This document shows positions 57,550 to 64,000 of a stretch of 64,000 bases of DNA, in pieces. The notes under the pieces are model-generated. The model was not told the origin of the DNA. It made no database searches and saw nothing but the letters and a program-made list of their open reading frames with translations. The first letter of the stretch is position 1. Each line of letters starts with the position of its first letter. The stretch covers positions 5,963-69,962 of the forward strand of contig CANQPM010000016.1 of NCBI GenBank assembly GCA_947625775.1, written 5' to 3'. The position numbers and the translations under genes are program-made. This DNA comes from an uncultured Lachnospiraceae bacterium (GTDB lineage Bacteria > Bacillota > Clostridia > Lachnospirales > Lachnospiraceae).

Positions 57550-58737
57550 ATGGTTTCGCAGAAATACAAGGAAATGCTTAGTGCAAAGTCAGTTATAAGG
57601 GAGATGTCGGCGTGGGCTGTAAAGCGCGGGGCGGAGATTGGGTATGAAAATGTGTTTGATTACAGCCTTGGCAATCCTTCTGTGCCTGTTCCGCAGGAAT
57701 TTACGGACAAGATGATTGAGCTGCTGCAGACGCGCAGCGGCATGGAGCTTCACGGCTACAGCCAGTCGCAGGGCATTGTGACCGTGCGTGAGAAATTTGC
57801 CGACTATTTGAACAGGACTTTTGGAATGAATTACACGGCAGAGCATATATTTATGACGACGGGCGCGGCGGGGGCGATTGCGCACGCGGTACGCGCTGTG
57901 ACGCAGCCAGGCGACGAGGTTATCACGTTCGCGCCGTATTTTCCTGAGTACAATCATTATGTAAACCAGACAGGCGCGGTATTGAAGGTAGTGCCTGCCG
58001 ATACAAAGAGCTTTCAGATAAACTTTGACGAGCTTGAAAAGCTTTTGAATCCAAAGACCATGGCGCTTTTGATAAATACGCCGAATAATCCGTCAGGCAT
58101 TGTGTATTCTACGGAGACAATCAAAAAGCTTGCCGCGCTTCTGGAGGAAAAGCAGAAGGAGTACGGACATGATATTTTCCTTATATCCGATGAGCCGTAC
58201 CGTGATATAGTGTATGCGGGCGTTGACGCTCCGTATGTGTCGAAGCTTTATGACAATTCGCTCTCATGCTATTCTTATGCGAAGTCGCTCTCGATACCAG
58301 GCGAAAGGCTTGGATATATAGCAGCTAATCCTAAATGCACGGATTCGGAGCTTATCTCCGTGATGTGTTCGCAGATTTCGAGGGGCATAGGGCACAACTG
58401 CCCGCCCTCTATCATACAGATTGCTGTGTCTGAGGTGCTTGGAGTGACGGCGGATTTGTCCGTGTACGAGAAAAATATGAATATTCTGTATGATGAGCTT
58501 GTAAAGCTTGGTTTTGAGTGCGTAAAGCCGGGCGGCACATTTTATATTTTCCCCAAGGCGCTGGAGGAGGATTCTGTTGCGTTCTGCCAGAAGGCACTTA
58601 AATATGACCTCGTGCTTGTGCCGGGCGATTCGTTTGGGTGTCCCGGGTATTTCAGAATGGCATACTGTATAGAGACGGAAAAGGTAGAGCGTTCGCTTGC
58701 GGCATTGCGTAGATTTGTTGAGCAAGAGTATAACTAA
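57550..58737 (+). CDS. pyridoxal-phosphate-dependent aminotransferase (class I, aspartate aminotransferase-like)
   Basis: NPSG, PLP-lysine motif SYAKSLSIPGERLGY, GYFRMAY C-terminus. ATG 57550 follows GGAGG. Confidence 0.85.
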   Translation: MVSQKYKEMLSAKSVIREMSAWAVKRGAEIGYENVFDYSLGNPSVPVPQEFTDKMIELLQTRSGMELHGYSQSQGIVTVREKFADYLNRTFGMNYTAEHIFMTTGAAGAIAHAVRAVTQPGDEVITFAPYFPEYNHYVNQTGAVLKVVPADTKSFQINFDELEKLLNPKTMALLINTPNNPSGIVYSTETIKKLAALLEEKQKEYGHDIFLISDEPYRDIVYAGVDAPYVSKLYDNSLSCYSYAKSLSIPGERLGYIAANPKCTDSELISVMCSQISRGIGHNCPPSIIQIAVSEVLGVTADLSVYEKNMNILYDELVKLGFECVKPGGTFYIFPKALEEDSVAFCQKALKYDLVLVPGDSFGCPGYFRMAYCIETEKVERSLAALRRFVEQEYN

Positions 58738-59612
58738 TGAAAGAAGGACTGAAAATAATGATTGACGCAGGGCTTGTCTTAGAGGGCGGGGGTATGAAGG
58801 GGGTATATACCGCTGGAGTGCTTGAATTTTTTATGGAAAAGGACTTGTATTTTAAAAACTGTTACGGGGTGTCCGCGGGGGCGTGCCACCTGTGCAGCTA
58901 TATTTCCAAACAGAAGAAACGCGCGTACAGGGTGGCGCTTGACTACCTTGACGATAAAAACTACTGCAGCGTAAGAAGTCTTTTGACTACGGGCGACTTA
59001 TTTAATGTGAAAATGTGCTATGACACAGTGCCAAACAAGCTTGACCCGTATGATTACAAGGCGGCGGCAAGGTATGAGGGAAATGCCTATGCCGTCGTCA
59101 CAAACATAAGGACTGGCGAGCCAGAATATATGCCGCTGCGCGAGCTTCACAAGGATATCATAGCCGTGCGCGCGTCTTCGTCGCTTCCGCTTGTGGCAAG
59201 GAACGTGAAAATAGGCAATGAATACTATCTTGACGGCGGCATATCAGATGCCGTGCCAATCAGAAGGGCAGTCGCTGACGGCAATGCCAAAAATGTAGTA
59301 GTGCTCACCAAGGAGGTCGGCTATGTCCGAAAGCCTGCTCCAAAATCAAACTTAGGGCTTATCAGGCTAAAATACGGCAGATATCCCAAGGTCTATGAAC
59401 TTATGGCAGACCGCCACACGCGCTACAATGACACACTGGATTTTCTGGAAAAAGAAAGGGCAGCGGGAAAGGCATTCGTGATACGCCCGAAAAAGCCAAA
59501 CGACATAGGAAGGATTGAGAAGGACAGAAAGAAGCTTGAGTGGCTTTATGAGATTGGCTATAATGACGCGAAAGAAAGCTATGATGAATTAATGCGGTTT
59601 TTAGAGCAATAA
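58737..59612 (+). CDS. patatin-like phospholipase family protein
   Basis: Oxyanion GGGMKG, nucleophile GVSAG, catalytic Asp in LDGGISD. Confidence 0.85.
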   Translation: MKEGLKIMIDAGLVLEGGGMKGVYTAGVLEFFMEKDLYFKNCYGVSAGACHLCSYISKQKKRAYRVALDYLDDKNYCSVRSLLTTGDLFNVKMCYDTVPNKLDPYDYKAAARYEGNAYAVVTNIRTGEPEYMPLRELHKDIIAVRASSSLPLVARNVKIGNEYYLDGGISDAVPIRRAVADGNAKNVVVLTKEVGYVRKPAPKSNLGLIRLKYGRYPKVYELMADRHTRYNDTLDFLEKERAAGKAFVIRPKKPNDIGRIEKDRKKLEWLYEIGYNDAKESYDELMRFLEQ

Positions 59613-59633
59613 TATTTGAAAGGATTTTGGCTG

Positions 59634-60470
59634 ATGTTAGAAATATTAAAGGCTGTTCTTTTTGGCATTGTGGAAGGCATTACGGAGTGGCTGCCCGTGA
59701 GCAGCACGGGACATATGATAATTTTGGACGAATTTATACAGCTTGACTGTACGCCTGAATTTCTTGAAATGTTTCTGGTGGTGATACAGCTTGGCGCGAT
59801 AATGGCGGTTGTTATTTTATTCTGGAATAAAATATTCCCGTTTCAATTCGAGGACAAGACAAAGCCTGTAATTGAGCAGGATAAAATAATGCTGTGGCTC
59901 AAAATCATAGTCGCCTGTGTGCCTGCGGCTATAGTGGGGCTGTTGTTTGACGAGCTTTTTGAAAAGCTGTTTTACCACGCTGTTCCAGTGGCTGTTGCGC
60001 TTATCGTGTTTGGTGTCGCGTTTATCGTAGTGGAGCGCATGAACAAGGGCAGACGCGCAAAAATCAGAAAGCTTGCAGACATAAGTTTCAAGACAGCGCT
60101 AATAATCGGCGTTTTTCAGCTTATAGCCGCGATTTTTCCAGGGACATCAAGGTCGGGCGCTACAATCGTGGGCGCGCTGCTGATTGGCGTATCGCGCAAG
60201 GTGGCGGCGGAGTTTACATTTTTCCTCGCAATTCCCGTAATGTTCGGCGCAAGTCTCCTAAAGCTTGTGAAGTTTGGCTTTTCATTCACGCCCGACGAGT
60301 TTGCGATACTTATCGTAGGAATGGCTGTGTCGTTTATGGTATCGCTGTTTGTGATTAAGTTCCTTATGGACTATATAAAAAAGCACGACTTCCAGATATT
60401 CGGGTGGTACAGGATTGCACTCGGGTTAGTGGTTATCGTGTTGGGAATTACTGGGGTTATTGGGGTGTAG
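59634..60470 (+). CDS. uppP: undecaprenyl-diphosphate phosphatase
   Basis: BacA motifs GITEWLPVSSTGH and PGTSRSGATI; 8-TM-like profile. Confidence 0.9.
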   Translation: MLEILKAVLFGIVEGITEWLPVSSTGHMIILDEFIQLDCTPEFLEMFLVVIQLGAIMAVVILFWNKIFPFQFEDKTKPVIEQDKIMLWLKIIVACVPAAIVGLLFDELFEKLFYHAVPVAVALIVFGVAFIVVERMNKGRRAKIRKLADISFKTALIIGVFQLIAAIFPGTSRSGATIVGALLIGVSRKVAAEFTFFLAIPVMFGASLLKLVKFGFSFTPDEFAILIVGMAVSFMVSLFVIKFLMDYIKKHDFQIFGWYRIALGLVVIVLGITGVIGV

Positions 60471-60711
60471 GATAATAATATTGTCTGCAATTTCATTCAG
60501 ATAATTAGTATTTACAATATATTATCTTAAATTTAAGATTGCCTTTAAATGCTAACAAGTTTGGTATTATTCTAGGGTTCAGATTTATTGCAAAGAGGAA
60601 CTCATCAAGGGGCTATGTTAAAAGATAGTATTTGACTATTCCCAAAGATGCGAAGGAGCCACATGATCCGAGAAAGCACAATATGAAGAATTAGCAAATA
60701 CGGAGGGTAGT

Positions 60712-62472
60712 ATGCCTACATTAAATTGGATTGGAAAAGATAAGGTAATCAATCATCATAATGAAGTTCCATATCGTATGTTGGATAGAAAATACAGTTA
60801 TGCAAATGGAAAGAAATTAAGTGAAAATAACAGCAGTGATAATATGATTATTCACGGAGATAACCTTGAGGCGTTAAAGGCATTGCTGCCAAAATATGAA
60901 GGAAAAGTTAAGTGTATTTATATTGATCCTCCTTATAATACTGGTAATGAAGGGTGGGTATATAATGACAATGTGAATGATCCCAAAATTAGAAAGTGGC
61001 TTGGTGAAGTAGTAGGAAAGGAAGGCGAAGATTTATCAAGACATGATAAATGGCTCTGCATGATGTATCCTAGACTCAGGCTATTATACAAGTTATTGTC
61101 AGATGATGGTGTGATTTTTATTAGTATAGATAGCAATGAGATTTTTTATTTAAAATTGATGTGTGATGAAATTTTTGGTGCCAATTGTTTTATAAACAAT
61201 GTTTCATGGCAGAGAACATATTCTATGAGAAACGATTCTAAAGGAATACCCTCAGAAGTAGAGTATATTTTGGTGTATAGTAAAGGATATAACTAGAATC
61301 CTAAAAGATTGTCAAGAACGGTTGAAATGGGTGCTAAATATAAAAATCCAGATAATGATGAAAGGGGAGCGTGGCAGAATACATCGGCTTTTGCACCAGG
61401 GGCGGCAACGCATCAAGGTATGGTTTATGCTATTCAGCATCCATTCACAGGGGAAATGATTTATCCATCGAGTGGAGCTTGTTGGAGATATTCTCAAGAT
61501 GCTATGTTGGAATATATGAATGGCTGGACTTCGTATTGTTTAGTTGATTTACATGATGAAAAGGAACGAGCTAATGTATGCGGATTAAGTTTTCAAGATG
61601 TTCGAAAAGGTGTTCAAGCTATTGTTTTGGAAAAACCGTTAGATATATCTCGAGAAGATGCTGTAAGAGTATATAAAAGAGGAAATTGGCCTCGTTTTTA
61701 TTTTACCAATGGTGGTAAAGGTGGAATTCGTTGAAAAACATATCTTAACAAAGTAGATGGAAAGCCGCCAACAAATTTATGGCATTTTTCAGATGTAGGA
61801 CATACGGATGAAGCGGCAAAAACCTTAAAGGCAATTTTTGACGGGAAGACAACTTTTGATACGCCGAAACCATATCGACTAATTGAAAGAATTATACAAA
61901 TTGCTATGGACAGAGATAGTATAGTTCTTGATTCCTTCGCTGGCTCAGGAACCACTGCCCATGCGGTTTTGAACATGAACAAAGCAGATGGCGGAAATCG
62001 TAAATTTATCTTGATTGAAATGATGGATTATGCCGAAAGCATTACTGCAGAACGTGTCCGCAGAGTAATTGATGGGTATGGTGAAGGAAATAAAAGAGTA
62101 GATGGCACAGGAGGGGATTTTAGTTTTTACGAATTGGGAGAAAGGCTGCTTTTGGAAAATGGGGATTTGAATCCAAATGCAGATCTGGAGAAAATTCGTG
62201 ATTATATCTGGTATATGGAAACTAAGACAGGATATGAACGTAGTGATTTGGAGGATAGCGCCTATTATTTGTCTGAATATAATGATATTGCATATTACTT
62301 TTATTATGAAAAGGGAATGGTAACTACATTGGATAGAGATTTTTTGGCAACAGTTAAAACGAAAGCTGATGGATATGTGATTTATGCAGATATGTGTACA
62401 CTATCCGATGAATTTTTAAAAAAATACAATATTACTTTTAAGAAAATACCGCGAGACATAGCCAAATTGTAG
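60712..62472 (+). pseudogene. mod: type III R-M methyltransferase (mod) interrupted by two in-frame stop codons
   Basis: Motif IV DPPYNT (first segment), NPDNDERGAW (second segment), motif I DSFAGSGTT (third segment). All three are in one reading frame. TAG lies at 61294-61296 and TGA at 61732-61734. Confidence 0.8.
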
Positions 62473-62483
62473 GGGGCAAATAT

Positions 62484-64000
62484 ATGGAATTGAAGGGATA
62501 TCAAAAAAATGTATTGGGAGATTTAAAACATTTTTTAGATTTGTTGACAGAGAAACAAAGCATTAGGCAGGCGTACAATACATTATGGGAAGAAAAAGGC
62601 ATTTCGGTGGGATTGGAAGGAATGCCGCCTTATCATACTGTTTTATCGGGGGTTCCTCATGTCTGCATGAAAATTCCGACTGGGGGCGGAAAAACATTTA
62701 TAGCGGCAAATGCCATAAAAATAATTTTTGATTCTATGCCGCATATTCATCCTATGGCTGTGGCATGGCTCGTTCCGTCAGATGCCATTTTGAGGCAGAC
62801 GGTCAATGCTTTGCAGGATGGTGAACATCCGTATCGAATGAAAATAAATGCTGATTTTGGCGGTAATATAGAGGTATATACTAAGGAGCAATTGCTGACA
62901 GGGCAGAATTTCAACCCAATAAGTATTGGAGAGCATCTGTCCATATTTGTGTTAAGTTATGATTCGTTTCGAACAAGCAAAAAGGAAGGCAGAAAAGCAT
63001 ATCAGGAAAATGGGTATTTGGCTGAGTTTGTCGGGTACAAGGCAGAAAAAGGAACATTGCTTGAAAACACTGATGAAACGGCGCTTATACAGGTAATACG
63101 TAAATTAAATCCAGTGGTAATCGTGGACGAAAGCCATCATGCCACTTCCAATTTGAGTGTTGATATGCTGAAAAATTTTAATCCTTCTTTTGTATTGGAA
63201 TTGACGGCTACTCCTAAGGATAAAAGTAATATTATCTCATTTGTTGATGCTAAGCAGTTGAAAAAGGAAGAAATGATTAAACTTCCAGTTATTGTTTATA
63301 ACAGAAAAACACAAGAAGATGTGTTTCTTAGCGCAATTGGGTTAAGACAAAAACTTGAAAATGAAGCTGCTCAGACAGAAGATGGAAAATACATTCGCCC
63401 TATTGTATTATTTCAGGCTGAACCGAAAAACAAGGATGACAGCACAACTTATGAAAAAATAAAAAAAATACTTCTGGATATTGGAATACCTGAGGAACAG
63501 ATTGCAGTAAAAACAGCCGATAGGGATGATATTAAGAAACAGGATTTGCTATCAAAAAATTGCAAAATCAGGTATATAATAACTGTTAGCGCATTAAAAG
63601 AGGGGTGGGACTGTCCGTTTGCTTATATTCTGGCGACAGTAGCAAATAGAAGTTCTGTTGTAGATGTAGAGCAGATATTGGGGCGGGTATTGCGAATGCC
63701 TTATACAAAAGCCAGTAAGCGGGATGTATTAAACCTTTCTTATGTTATTACTTCATCTGCGGACTTCTTTGCAACTTGCGAGCAGGTTGTAAAAGGCTTG
63801 AATGCAGCAGGTTTTAGTAAAAAAGATTATAGAGTCTTGGAAGCGTGTGAGGAAACGGATTTGACAGAGACACCGATAGGTGTACAGGCATCGCTGGAAG
63901 ATACTATCCAACAAAACAGTGAATCATCAGATGGTATATCAGAAATAAATATGGGCATGTTGCAAGGAATGTTTGCTAATGTATTGAATGATACATTTGC
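62484..64000 (+). CDS. res: type III restriction enzyme Res subunit (SF2 helicase-nuclease), 3' end beyond the window
   Basis: Read by hand because it is not in the ORF track (no stop before the window end). MELKGYQKNV..., motif I KIPTGGGKTFIA, motif II VVDESHHATS, motif III LTATPK. ATG 62484 lies 11 nt after the mod stop. Confidence 0.8.
   Translation, partial: MELKGYQKNVLGDLKHFLDLLTEKQSIRQAYNTLWEEKGISVGLEGMPPYHTVLSGVPHVCMKIPTGGGKTFIAANAIKIIFDSMPHIHPMAVAWLVPSDAILRQTVNALQDGEHPYRMKINADFGGNIEVYTKEQLLTGQNFNPISIGEHLSIFVLSYDSFRTSKKEGRKAYQENGYLAEFVGYKAEKGTLLENTDETALIQVIRKLNPVVIVDESHHATSNLSVDMLKNFNPSFVLELTATPKDKSNIISFVDAKQLKKEEMIKLPVIVYNRKTQEDVFLSAIGLRQKLENEAAQTEDGKYIRPIVLFQAEPKNKDDSTTYEKIKKILLDIGIPEEQIAVKTADRDDIKKQDLLSKNCKIRYIITVSALKEGWDCPFAYILATVANRSSVVDVEQILGRVLRMPYTKASKRDVLNLSYVITSSADFFATCEQVVKGLNAAGFSKKDYRVLEACEETDLTETPIGVQASLEDTIQQNSESSDGISEINMGMLQGMFANVLNDTF

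Noticed and set aside
60524-60539. A perfect 16-bp palindrome, ATCTTAAATTTAAGAT, between uppP and mod, possibly an operator or controller-protein box.
   Set aside because: It is AT-only, a single copy in the window, and no adjacent regulator gene is present. Evidence is insufficient beyond a chance palindrome or a weak hairpin.
61294-61734. The TAG and TGA inside mod could be programmed recoding (pyrrolysine or selenocysteine) or an alternative genetic code.
   Set aside because: TAG and TGA terminate many well-defined genes in this window. No SECIS-like or PYLIS-like context was noticed. Two independent nonsense mutations in a dispensable R-M gene is the simpler explanation.

Overview
The window looks like a compact Firmicutes/Clostridia-type chromosomal segment. 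Core genes, mostly on the + strand, are rubrerythrin, a polar amino-acid ABC transporter, metG, ispE, hprK-glcK-murB-rapZ-whiA, fba, pyrG, ftsH, uvrC, an aminotransferase and uppP. Signalling genes are also present: HD-GYP, GGDEF, a methyl-accepting chemotaxis protein (MCP) and a small alarmone synthetase. No rRNA, tRNA or CRISPR array was seen. Three accessory patches interrupt the core. (1) 11.4-14.0 kb is a visibly AT-rich type II restriction-modification (R-M) pair, a Dam-class adenine methyltransferase (MTase) plus an AlwI/N.BstNBI-family endonuclease. (2) About 30.2-48.7 kb, between fba and pyrG, is a variable island. It holds a hypothetical gene and a tandem array of Rpn/PD-(D/E)XK nuclease paralogs (two intact, one truncated, with a variable 36-bp in-frame repeat). 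Next comes a strongly AT-rich four-gene minus-strand operon (34560-42583). It encodes three consecutive dynamin-like GTPases and a 943-aa protein with Sel1 repeats and a C-terminal Hint (Hedgehog/intein-type) autoprocessing domain. The island continues with a divergent cassette of four small ORFs, an SF2 helicase with a C-terminal membrane anchor, and a HEAT-like repeat protein. (3) 60.7-64.0 kb is a type III R-M locus whose mod gene carries two in-frame stop codons while res is open to the window edge. The GTPase/Sel1-Hint operon is my best candidate for an undescribed system: it resembles the Eleos (LeoA/LeoBC) dynamin-type anti-phage system but is expanded and carries a self-cleaving module. 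All domain calls come from motifs read by eye. No database search was run.
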